The notes under the pieces are model-generated. The model was not told the origin of the DNA. It did no database searches and was given only the letters and a program-made list of their open reading frames with translations. From IMG/VR virus record IMGVR_UViG_3300027996_003225: a stretch of DNA of 64,000 nucleotides, one strand, 5' to 3'. A program made the position numbers and the translations under genes. Source of the DNA: a virus. Of this stretch, positions 48,078 to 56,439 are shown one piece after another. The number at the start of each line of letters is the position of its first letter. Positions within the stretch are counted from its first letter, which is position 1.

Positions 48078-49201
48078 AAATTTCTATCTTTTTTATAACC
48101 AGGAAGTAATTCCATTACGGCTCTTTCAACTCCTCCCTCAAGGTCGTGACGACCTTTGTGAGCAGAAGCAATATCGTCTCCGCAAAGAACACCGTTCTTA
48201 GTTAGTTTGGGAAGCAACGTTTTAATTGTTTTTTTCACACTCTCATAGTCATGAGACGCATCAATGTGGCAAAATTTAACTGGTTTGTCTAATTTTTCCA
48301 GATAGTCAAAACAATCCATTTGATGTACTTTTACATTCCCTTTTGTGTGCTTCTCTATATTCTCATCAAAAATTGCCTTTACATCTACTGAAGCTGCGAC
48401 CTTGGCCGTAGGATGAAGCTTTCCTGTAACGTTGCCTTCGTCGATATTGCCCTTCCATGTATCGCAAGCATTAAAGGACATAGGCCATATTTTATTGGCA
48501 ATTGCTGAACAACTCTTTCCTTTCCAGCAGCCGATTTCTATAAACAAGCCTTCGTCAGAAGTATCCAAAGCCATATTGACAACATTAATTAAAGACTTAA
48601 CTTGATAGTCTGTATACTGATTCTCCATGTTGTCCGTGCTTCTTTTAAGGATCGTTAGGCCGCTGCAATTTGCATGATGCTCTAATTGATCCCAATCATC
48701 ATTAGAACTCAAAAACTCCTCAATAGCTGGTTTAAGTCCTTTAGCACCAGTGTTGTGACCACCAACAAGACCACAACTTTCTGTGTCGTGCATCACTATG
48801 TACTTAGTAACTTTGTTATGATGAAGTTCAAGCTCTTTCTTTAAATGATCGTATGTGTGAAAAGAATCAATGAAAAGCAAATCTGTTTTTTCTATTTCTG
48901 TTTCTACTGAACTCTCATGTTTAAATTCAAACTCAGTTCCTTCTGAAAGTTCTCCAATTTGCCCTACGCTTCCTTTTGGATGAATGTCGTATGTTACAAA
49001 TTTACTCGGCCTTGCGGCAAGCCAGCAAACCGTTGAAACTCCATGCCTTGCACCAAATTCAGTAACATGACTGCACTCTTTGGCAAGGGAAAGCATTCTT
49101 GGAAAATGAGCATTAATGTCAGAAGAGGTTTTCTCACATATTTTGTAAAGACCAGACAAAGTAGGGCTGTCGGATTCAAGATAGTCAATTAGTTGTTTCA
49201 T
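48059..49201 (-). CDS. Tandem two-domain SAM methyltransferase
   Basis: EFGARHG..LFIDSFH..MHD and EIGCWKG..HIDASH..GDD. Confidence 0.8.
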   Translation of the reverse strand: MKQLIDYLESDSPTLSGLYKICEKTSSDINAHFPRMLSLAKECSHVTEFGARHGVSTVCWLAARPSKFVTYDIHPKGSVGQIGELSEGTEFEFKHESSVETEIEKTDLLFIDSFHTYDHLKKELELHHNKVTKYIVMHDTESCGLVGGHNTGAKGLKPAIEEFLSSNDDWDQLEHHANCSGLTILKRSTDNMENQYTDYQVKSLINVVNMALDTSDEGLFIEIGCWKGKSCSAIANKIWPMSFNACDTWKGNIDEGNVTGKLHPTAKVAASVDVKAIFDENIEKHTKGNVKVHQMDCFDYLEKLDKPVKFCHIDASHDYESVKKTIKTLLPKLTKNGVLCGDDIASAHKGRHDLEGGVERAVMELLPGYKKDRNFWWWSK

Positions 49202-49242
49202 TTTTTCTCCTCAATATTCTCTTGCTTGTTTTTCGACATATT

Positions 49243-50235
49243 TTAATTTCCTTTTGATACGTACTCTTTCATTCCGATTGAAGAAAAATAAGAATCTCCA
49301 TAAATTCTAAAAGAGTCCTGAAGAGGTTGTTTTGCCTTGATTGCTTCTTTTAGATTCGTCTCAATCATGCCGTTACGACTCGAAATGTAATCGGCACGGC
49401 TCAAAATGCCCGCCTCAACAGATTGAACAGTTTTAACCGAACCCCATTCGGGAAGTCCGTGGTGACTGGCGATCAGATGAAGAACTTCATTAACCCAATC
49501 TTGCGTCACAAAGCTATCGCCTTGAAGTTTCTTCTTCTCTTGAGACACAAGTTCCATGCCATAAAACAAATGACCAATAGTTCTCTCTGTTGTCAATGTT
49601 TCTGCGATACCCATATCGTTAAGATAATAAGTTTCAACTTTTCCAAGATCGTGAAGAATTGCTCCAGAAAACAACGCATCTCTATTTATAAAACTGTATC
49701 TCTTGCTTGCATCTGCAATTGCTCTACATAGATCTAAAACTTCAGAAGTGTGAACAATTAGTCCGCCACCATAATTGTGGTGAACTTTCCCGGCTGCGGG
49801 GCAAGCTCTCAATTTTTCTACGTCGAATGTCGAAAGACATTGCATGGTGAACTTGTGATGCTTATCATCGTCCCAAAAGCTAGAATCAGAAATAAGATTC
49901 AAAGCAGACCTCATCTCTTCTTCAGATGCTTTTTCAAATTCTAATATAGAGTGCTCTTCTTGCGGCAGCGTTTCTTTAGTGAGCCTGTGAAAGCCTCTGA
50001 TGACGATGCTGCCCCGTTCGGCAAACTGGTCGTCATATCCTGTAATCTCAATAATGTCGCCCGTGTGAGGGAAAAGTGGCGACTCCTCAGCATTTGATGG
50101 TGCATTCCACATTAGAGACTTGATATTTCCGACACATGTTTTTAAAGCATTTTGCCAAAAGTAATCGCCATTCTTTGTGGTTCTTTTTTCCTGCTCAATT
50201 ACGAGAGCATAAATCGGTACTGGTAATTGTGTCAT
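49243..50235 (-). CDS. YhaM/Cbf1-like 3'-5' exonuclease (OB plus HD)
   Basis: N-terminal OB, PAAGKVHH..GGL..H, LHDLGK, SHHG, AD. Confidence 0.85.
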   Translation of the reverse strand: MTQLPVPIYALVIEQEKRTTKNGDYFWQNALKTCVGNIKSLMWNAPSNAEESPLFPHTGDIIEITGYDDQFAERGSIVIRGFHRLTKETLPQEEHSILEFEKASEEEMRSALNLISDSSFWDDDKHHKFTMQCLSTFDVEKLRACPAAGKVHHNYGGGLIVHTSEVLDLCRAIADASKRYSFINRDALFSGAILHDLGKVETYYLNDMGIAETLTTERTIGHLFYGMELVSQEKKKLQGDSFVTQDWVNEVLHLIASHHGLPEWGSVKTVQSVEAGILSRADYISSRNGMIETNLKEAIKAKQPLQDSFRIYGDSYFSSIGMKEYVSKGN

Positions 50236-50268
50236 AATAGGAATTTATACTATTTCGAGAATGTTGAA

Positions 50269-51699
50269 TCAAGATCGACTTGCCTTGTTTATTATTTCTG
50301 TTGTTGACATGCCTTCAAGCAATTCAACAAATCTAACGTCTTCCACCAAATCGGAGCCAATAACGACCTTGCCTTCCCAATCTCCACCTTTTACCAAAAC
50401 ATCAGGCATTATCTTTTTGATCAATGCATATGGAGTTTTCTGGTCAAAGGAAACGACAAAATCAACACATTCTAACGCTGCCAGCATCTTTACTCTATCT
50501 TCTAGAGGAATTATTGGCCGCTTGTCACCTTTTATTCTTTTAATGCTATCATCAGAATTAATGCCAACAACTAACTTGTCGCCAAACGATTTAGCTTCTT
50601 CCAAAACTTTTAAATGACCTGAATGTAATAGATCATAACACCCATTTGTAAAAACAAGTTTATAATCTCTTTCTTGAGGAGGCATTGTCAATTTATCTGT
50701 ACTCATAAGTATATCCGATGGTTTAATAGGCTTGTTGTGAGAGTTTTGCACATAAATTGCACCAGCCTCATAAGCAATCTCACATGCATCAATTATATCC
50801 ATCCCAACAGAAAGAGCCATGGCAAGGAAGGCGGCGAAGCAATCCCCTGCCCCAATTACAGATTTAGCCTTGATGCTATCCCCCGATCTGTAATTAAAGT
50901 GCTTCCCGCCAACCTTACCGTATACTCCGTCGCCCCCATTTGTAACAACGACAGCCATGCAACCGATTTTAGCTTGAAAATAATTGCACTGCTCTATCGG
51001 GTCTTCAATCCCAGAAAGCTTTTTGGCTTCAAGAAAGTTAGGCTTAAACACAGTACATCCACGCCACTTCTCAACCGGCCCATTTTTTGGGTCTACGATT
51101 GTTATAGTGTTTCCATCAGTGAGTGATGGCCAATCGACAAAAGTACCGTGAGAGTCTTCCTCGAAAATGCCTTTTCCATAATCTGAAAAGATTGCGACAT
51201 CAAAACTTGATTTAAGCCACTCTGTTTGAAGTCGATCCCTAGCTTTTATAAAGTGTTCAGATGAAAGTCCATAATTTTCCTTTTCAACATCAAGCCTGCA
51301 TAGGGGGAAATCTCTTTGATAAAACCTGTTTTTTGTTGGTATTTTTTGACCGTATGATTCTTCAATATTCACAGATTCGTAAAAATTGACTTGGTTTTCA
51401 TGCTGAAAACCAAGTCCCCAACTCTCAGAATTGAAAACTTTTAATGCCAAATCGTCAACATATCCCAAAAGTTCAACTCTTACAGGGAAGTGTTTAAATT
51501 GGGAGACAACATTGGCAGCACCACCAGGAACTGACTTTTCTGGCGATTCCCCTTCCATCAGCATCACAGGAATAGGGAATTCAGGACTGACTCGGTTTGC
51601 GCCAACTCTAAAATAGTTGTCAATCATGCAATCGCCAATAACTCCTATTCTTGGCGATTGCGTTTTGATGTTTTCTAAAAAAGTATTAAACTTATTCAT
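50269..51699 (-). CDS. hldE: Bifunctional heptose-7-P kinase / heptose-1-P adenylyltransferase
   Basis: GDCMID, GGAANV, SDYGKG, GAGD; FTNGCYDLLHSGH, GINSD, VKGGDW. Confidence 0.92.
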   Translation of the reverse strand: MNKFNTFLENIKTQSPRIGVIGDCMIDNYFRVGANRVSPEFPIPVMLMEGESPEKSVPGGAANVVSQFKHFPVRVELLGYVDDLALKVFNSESWGLGFQHENQVNFYESVNIEESYGQKIPTKNRFYQRDFPLCRLDVEKENYGLSSEHFIKARDRLQTEWLKSSFDVAIFSDYGKGIFEEDSHGTFVDWPSLTDGNTITIVDPKNGPVEKWRGCTVFKPNFLEAKKLSGIEDPIEQCNYFQAKIGCMAVVVTNGGDGVYGKVGGKHFNYRSGDSIKAKSVIGAGDCFAAFLAMALSVGMDIIDACEIAYEAGAIYVQNSHNKPIKPSDILMSTDKLTMPPQERDYKLVFTNGCYDLLHSGHLKVLEEAKSFGDKLVVGINSDDSIKRIKGDKRPIIPLEDRVKMLAALECVDFVVSFDQKTPYALIKKIMPDVLVKGGDWEGKVVIGSDLVEDVRFVELLEGMSTTEIINKASRS

Positions 51700-51733
51700 G
51701 ACGCAATAATAGAGTTACCTTTTTACAAATTAT

Positions 51734-51774
51734 AAAAAAAACGGGTGATCTATCGTAACTTAGATCACCCGTTT
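51734..51774 (-). terminator. Intrinsic terminator (14-bp stem) upstream of hldE
   Basis: AAACGGGTGATCTA-8 nt-TAGATCACCCGTTT with T-run on minus. Confidence 0.8.
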
Positions 51775-51843
51775 ATTAAGGAGAAATTGACCCAGTAAAC
51801 ATCAGGTCAACCAACACAATGGCGTTTGTGCAATCTAAAGTAG

Positions 51844-52149
51844 TTACTTCAAAGTTTTTTTAAAATGATTTTCACAAGATTTTATTGCAGGGTTCTTCTT
51901 ACGATGTCTTGAGATAATGCGTTCAGAAAAAGTTTTAGAATTTCTTCCCTGAAATTCTTCAATCACAATCGCATAGTAAGCATCGGGCATTGCGCCGTTC
52001 CCTAAAAAAATATGAGAATGGATGACTTTGTAGCAATTACACTTGCTTTCCCATATCCTTCGGTCGGATACGTCAGTGCGATCCTTTTTACATCGTTTTT
52101 TCCAGACAAGACTATTATTCCCCATACACTGTATTATGCGTCCTTGCAC
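51844..52149 (-). CDS. Hypothetical protein
   Basis: ORF coupled to guaC. Confidence 0.45.
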   Translation of the reverse strand: MQGRIIQCMGNNSLVWKKRCKKDRTDVSDRRIWESKCNCYKVIHSHIFLGNGAMPDAYYAIVIEEFQGRNSKTFSERIISRHRKKNPAIKSCENHFKKTLK

Positions 52150-53179
52150 ACCTTACAAAAGTTGTACACTTGCTAAGATCTTTTAATCTGGTTGCCCCAA
52201 CATAAGAACAAGCACTTCTTATGCCGCCTTCGATATTTTGGATAACATTCTGAACAGGGCCTTTATATGGTATTTTCACGACTTTTCCCTCTGCTGCACG
52301 ATGGCTTGCCATGCCCCCTGAATATTTGTCCATAGCGGTTTCACTGCTCATCCCATAAAAAATTAATGCTTCTTTTATATCTGGTCCAGCATCTGAATAT
52401 TCCCATTCGCCTTCACATTCCTCTGTGCCAGACAACATCCCACCAAGCATTGCGAAATCTGCACCTGCTCCAAAAGCTTTTGCAATGTCGCCAGAGGTAG
52501 TGCATCCTCCATCGGCGCAAACCAGTCCTCCAAGTCCATGTGCAGCATCGGCACACTCAATGATTGCAGACAACTGCGGGTAGCCAACGCCAGCAACAAT
52601 GCGAGTTTCACAAACACTGCCCGGTCCAATTCCCACTTTAACAATGTCTGCACCCGCAAATAAAAGTTCTTGTACCATTTCAGGAGTGCAAACATTTCCA
52701 ACCATCAAATCGATGGCTGGGTATTGCTCTCTAAACCTTTTAACTTTGTCAACGAAAGCTGCACTGTACCCGTTCGCCACATCTATACAAACATGCTGTA
52801 GCCTTTCTCCACAGCCCGTGCCTTGAAAAAAGACACGTTCGAATTTGGCCATGTCTGAGTCAACAATTCCAAGTGTGTACCATGCGTGATTGATAACTTC
52901 ATCTGATTCATTTTTGAAAAAATCAATTAATTCAGATGTTTTATAATGCTTATGAAGACAAACGTCCATTCCATGTTTTGCGAATTCTCTGGCCATATCC
53001 ATAGTGCCAACGGTGTCCATGTTGGCTGCGAATATTGGAAATCCGTCATACCAATTTTTTGAATTCTTATATTGATAAGTTCTCTTTATGACAACATTTG
53101 AACGACTTGCTGTCTCGGATCTCTTTGGCCGAATTAGAACGTCACAAAAATCAAGCTTAATGCCGTCTTCAATTTTCAT
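52115..53179 (-). CDS. guaC: GMP reductase
   Basis: LDFCDVLIRPKRS, AANMD, DVANGY, KVGIGPGSVC, EGK. Confidence 0.95.
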   Translation of the reverse strand: MKIEDGIKLDFCDVLIRPKRSETASRSNVVIKRTYQYKNSKNWYDGFPIFAANMDTVGTMDMAREFAKHGMDVCLHKHYKTSELIDFFKNESDEVINHAWYTLGIVDSDMAKFERVFFQGTGCGERLQHVCIDVANGYSAAFVDKVKRFREQYPAIDLMVGNVCTPEMVQELLFAGADIVKVGIGPGSVCETRIVAGVGYPQLSAIIECADAAHGLGGLVCADGGCTTSGDIAKAFGAGADFAMLGGMLSGTEECEGEWEYSDAGPDIKEALIFYGMSSETAMDKYSGGMASHRAAEGKVVKIPYKGPVQNVIQNIEGGIRSACSYVGATRLKDLSKCTTFVRCARTHNTVYGE

Positions 53180-53197
53180 TTTATAAATCCGTCTTTA

Positions 53198-53512
53198 CTA
53201 CCAATCTTTTTTATACTCAAAACCCTGAATGTAGCTGTCTTCCTCTTTCTCCGAAGGGATCAATGACCATTTTCCTTCATCGTCTCCATCTGCTTTGTTC
53301 TCTTCAAAACTTGTTGTATATTTTTGCTCTATATCTTTAATGGGCAAATCAGGTTGAGGATCATATGACCTTATCAAAAACCCACCTGCAAATCCTGCAA
53401 GTAAACCAATAAGTAAAACATTTAAAATTTCTGAGTGAATTAGGCTCTTGCCGTTCTCACTCTTTTCCGTTTTTTCCGACTCTTTTGTCATTTTCTGCCA
53501 ATTCCTTTTCAT
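53198..53512 (-). CDS. Membrane protein
   Basis: One TM segment. Confidence 0.5.
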   Translation of the reverse strand: MKRNWQKMTKESEKTEKSENGKSLIHSEILNVLLIGLLAGFAGGFLIRSYDPQPDLPIKDIEQKYTTSFEENKADGDDEGKWSLIPSEKEEDSYIQGFEYKKDW

Positions 53513-54002
53513 AGTTTAAAATTAAGAAGTAGTTATGATCCTCTACATTTGAAATTTTCCATTTTTTATCTAATTCAGGAAAAAAAGTATCACCTTTATG
53601 GCACTTAGCTTTGATTAAACTCACGATTACCGAGTCAACCAAATCGTTCTCAAGTACATACCGATACAATTGCCCGCCACCAATTATGTAAATATCTTTA
53701 TCTGGCCAAAGATCTTTTGAATAACCTAAAGCAGATTCAACAGATTCTGTTGAAATAAATGAATCATCTTGATGCATTGACTTTGGAAACTCTAAGCCTG
53801 TCGCATTAGAGGTGACAACAATGTTCTGCCTGTTTGGAAGAGGCTTTTTAGGAAGGCTATCCCAAGTTTTTCTTCCCATTACAACAACGTGATCCGTGGT
53901 TAATCTCTTAAAGTTTTTAAGATCTTCAGGAACGCTCCAAGGAATCTTTCCTTCATTTCCGATGACTCTGTTTTCATCGTGTGCAACAATTAATTTAATC
54001 AT
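53457..54002 (-). CDS. folA: Dihydrofolate reductase
   Basis: LIVA..NRVIG..IPW..EDL..FK, MGRKTW, RQNIV, IIGGG, GDTFFP. Confidence 0.95.
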   Translation of the reverse strand: MIKLIVAHDENRVIGNEGKIPWSVPEDLKNFKRLTTDHVVVMGRKTWDSLPKKPLPNRQNIVVTSNATGLEFPKSMHQDDSFISTESVESALGYSKDLWPDKDIYIIGGGQLYRYVLENDLVDSVIVSLIKAKCHKGDTFFPELDKKWKISNVEDHNYFLILNYEKELAENDKRVGKNGKE

Positions 54003-54871
54003 ACTGCAACTTCGAACTTTATTTCTGGCTCAGGGTTATAATCTTCTAAGACGAAATCAGAAGGCTTGTAGTCTTCAATTGAATTGGCTGTGGCGAAGAT
54101 TTTCAAAACGGGAGAATCAGGCTTGCCTCTAGAAAGATATTCCTCAACAGCTTCTATCTGATTGACATAGATGTGACTGTCTGCTGTCGTATGAATAAAC
54201 TCGTAAGGCTCTAAATCCGCTTGTTGGGCAAGCATATAAATCAAAGCACTATAGAATGCTATGTTAAAAGGAACACCAACAGGGAAATCACAAGAGCGTT
54301 GCGTAAGCATACCGCTAAGTTTGCCATCATGCGTATAACACTGGAAAGTGTAATGACAAGGAGGCAATCTCATTTGATGCATCATCTTAGGATTCCATAG
54401 GGAGAAGAGAATCCTTCTATCATTTGGATTATTTTTTAAAAGATCAACCATGTAAGCAAGTTGATCAAAACCACCTTCTCCATAAAGTGGATTAGCATTA
54501 ACTTCGCTTGAGCCGTTTCCATAGTGTCCACCAAAATGCCTAAGCTGGAAGCCATACAAGGGACCAAACGCACCGTCTACAAATCCATTTTCTTCTTCGA
54601 ACTCTTTGTCCAGCCAAGGAGTCCAAAACCCACAACCTAGATCTTTCAAATCTTGGTTTAAAGTGCTACCGGACAAAAACCAAAGAAGCTCGCCAACCAT
54701 TGATTTATGGCGAATTTTTCGTCTGGTCAAAAGAGGAAATCTCTCATCAATCCTATAGCGAGATTGCATTCCAAAAAGAGAAATAGTATCAACGCCTGTG
54801 CGATTTGTCTTTCTTATTCCGTGTTTTAGAATCTTTTCCAAAGCATCGTCATAATCTTGCATCAAATACAT
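53999..54871 (-). CDS. thyA: Thymidylate synthase
   Basis: RTGV, ELLWFLSG, LPPCH, QRSCD..GVPFNIAFY, HIY. Confidence 0.97.
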   Translation of the reverse strand: MYLMQDYDDALEKILKHGIRKTNRTGVDTISLFGMQSRYRIDERFPLLTRRKIRHKSMVGELLWFLSGSTLNQDLKDLGCGFWTPWLDKEFEEENGFVDGAFGPLYGFQLRHFGGHYGNGSSEVNANPLYGEGGFDQLAYMVDLLKNNPNDRRILFSLWNPKMMHQMRLPPCHYTFQCYTHDGKLSGMLTQRSCDFPVGVPFNIAFYSALIYMLAQQADLEPYEFIHTTADSHIYVNQIEAVEEYLSRGKPDSPVLKIFATANSIEDYKPSDFVLEDYNPEPEIKFEVAV

Positions 54872-54880
54872 TTAAGTTCT

Positions 54881-55039
54881 CTAAGGCTTTACTTTTGATA
54901 ATCTGTCTTTTATTTTTTCCAAAAGAGGCTCTTCACTCTCGTCGTAATCACGCACGAGTGCCAAACCACCAAGAGCCTTCTTTAAAAAATCAATTTCTTC
55001 AGATCGAAGCATGACAGGGTAAACCATTACATTTTTCAT
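54881..55039 (-). CDS. Hypothetical protein
   Basis: Short ORF between ppiC and thyA. Confidence 0.45.
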   Translation of the reverse strand: MKNVMVYPVMLRSEEIDFLKKALGGLALVRDYDESEEPLLEKIKDRLSKVKP

Positions 55040-55040
55040 T

Positions 55041-55316
55041 TCAATCTCTGGCTGTGACTTGTAGCAGATGATAACCAAACTGCGTCTTCACTGGTCCTTG
55101 CACTTCGTTCAGGGGGCAGCTAAATACAACTTGATCAAACTCAGGAACCATTCTTCCTCTTCCAAAAGATCCTAGCCCACCACCAGTTTGACCTGATGGG
55201 CATTTTGAATAATCTTTGGCGGCTTGTCCAAAATCCGACCCAGATTCAATCTCTTTTTTCAGTTCTAAACATCGTGCCTCTGAGTCTACCAAAATATGTC
55301 TTGCAGTCGCTTGCAT
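55041..55316 (-). CDS. ppiC: Parvulin peptidyl-prolyl isomerase
   Basis: ARHILV, YSKCPSG..GG.LG.F..G.MVPEF, VKTQFGYH. Confidence 0.95.
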   Translation of the reverse strand: MQATARHILVDSEARCLELKKEIESGSDFGQAAKDYSKCPSGQTGGGLGSFGRGRMVPEFDQVVFSCPLNEVQGPVKTQFGYHLLQVTARD

Positions 55317-55345
55317 CTTAATTCTCTCTAAAGTTTAAAAAAAAA

Positions 55346-55400
55346 GACGCCCCAGAGGATTCGAACCCCAAAGCCCAGCATCTTGTGCTTGCTAGAGCGT
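55346..55400 (-). ncRNA. Minimal tRNA-like structure (acceptor stem, one hairpin, T-arm), probably the 3' end of a longer RNA
   Basis: ACGCTCTAG/CTGGGGCGT stem, GGGG-TTCGAAT-CCTC T-arm, T-run after; too short for a full cloverleaf. Confidence 0.55.
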
Positions 55401-55641
55401 TATGGGAATAATCGTTTTTCAAATGAATTGCTTCAAATGAAAGTTCGGCTTCCCAAACCGCTGACATTGTAGTGTCAGGTTTTCTAATATAATTATTTTT
55501 AACTTAAGTAATATTTAAAATCTTCTTTATAATTAATAAGCAAAAACAGTCTCCTGCCCTTTGGCAAGGATACTAGATCAGTGTTCCTGCGACGGTAATA
55601 ATATAGTAATCAATCAGAATAATCAATGCCGAATTGAAAAA

Positions 55642-56040
55642 TTACATGGGTGACTGAGAATCCAAGCCTTGCAGAAGTGCGGTGTTCAACTGATCAACAG
55701 GAATCGTATAAACTTTGTTATCTGGATCTTCATAAGCACTGACTCTGATTTGCTTTCCATCATCGTCTTTTTTAAACTTTTTCTTTGTTGTATCACTTGT
55801 ATCGTTCATCATCTGGATTTTAGCATGGGTTATATTTCCATCAGAATCACGATCATACCCTAAAATTTTATATCCAGATAGGTTATATGAATTTCCACCT
55901 ATAGAAAACTGAGAAATAGTCTGCGGACTGTCTGCAACTAGTTCAGGGGGTATTCCTAGCTCGTCTTCAATTTGGTTTAAATAATCTATTTTTTGTTTTT
56001 GATATTCCAAAAAATCTCTAAATGATAAATTGTTGTTCAT
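55642..56040 (-). CDS. Hypothetical protein with CTS-like N-terminus (MNNNLSFRDFLE)
   Basis: 132-aa ORF. Confidence 0.65.
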   Translation of the reverse strand: MNNNLSFRDFLEYQKQKIDYLNQIEDELGIPPELVADSPQTISQFSIGGNSYNLSGYKILGYDRDSDGNITHAKIQMMNDTSDTTKKKFKKDDDGKQIRVSAYEDPDNKVYTIPVDQLNTALLQGLDSQSPM

Positions 56041-56070
56041 GCCTTATATACTCTATGAGTAGATCTTTTT

Positions 56071-56439
56071 TTGAGAAACATTAATATGAATAAATCTCCT
56101 GCATTTTCTGAATTTAGAAATCTAATGGACACATGGGACAAACAAGTCCTCCATGAGAACACAATAGACAATTTTATAGATAAAAACGGCCTTTTATTAT
56201 TTTTCACAAAAGGAAAAAATTGCTTTGGAGCACCAGAGCAAAGCAGGTTAATTTTTGCAAAATTAAAATCCGATGATGAAGATTGCGAAGAAGACGGCTG
56301 GAGAGATGAAGCATCCTTCGCCGCATTAAATTTACAAGATGCACTAAACGGTGAAGAAAAACAGCATATTTTTTCTAATAGAGACTTGAATTCTATAAAG
56401 ATAATAGACAAACGTGCTCTTTACGAGAAGTTAAAATGA
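56071..56439 (+). CDS. Hypothetical protein
   Basis: 122-aa ORF coupled to next gene (ATGA overlap). Confidence 0.6.
   Translation: MRNINMNKSPAFSEFRNLMDTWDKQVLHENTIDNFIDKNGLLLFFTKGKNCFGAPEQSRLIFAKLKSDDEDCEEDGWRDEASFAALNLQDALNGEEKQHIFSNRDLNSIKIIDKRALYEKLK

Noticed and set aside
50269-51699. CTS-like start on HldE (MNKFNTFLE)
   Set aside because: Resembles the motif, but similar helical N-termini are plausible for HldE itself; insufficient evidence
55346-55400. Canonical tRNA gene
   Set aside because: Only 21 nt between position 9 and the T-arm, too short for both D and anticodon arms; kept as tRNA-like
55430-55460. RNase P RNA (CGGCTT-like motif)
   Set aside because: The conserved GAGGAAAGTCC P4 strand is absent on both strands
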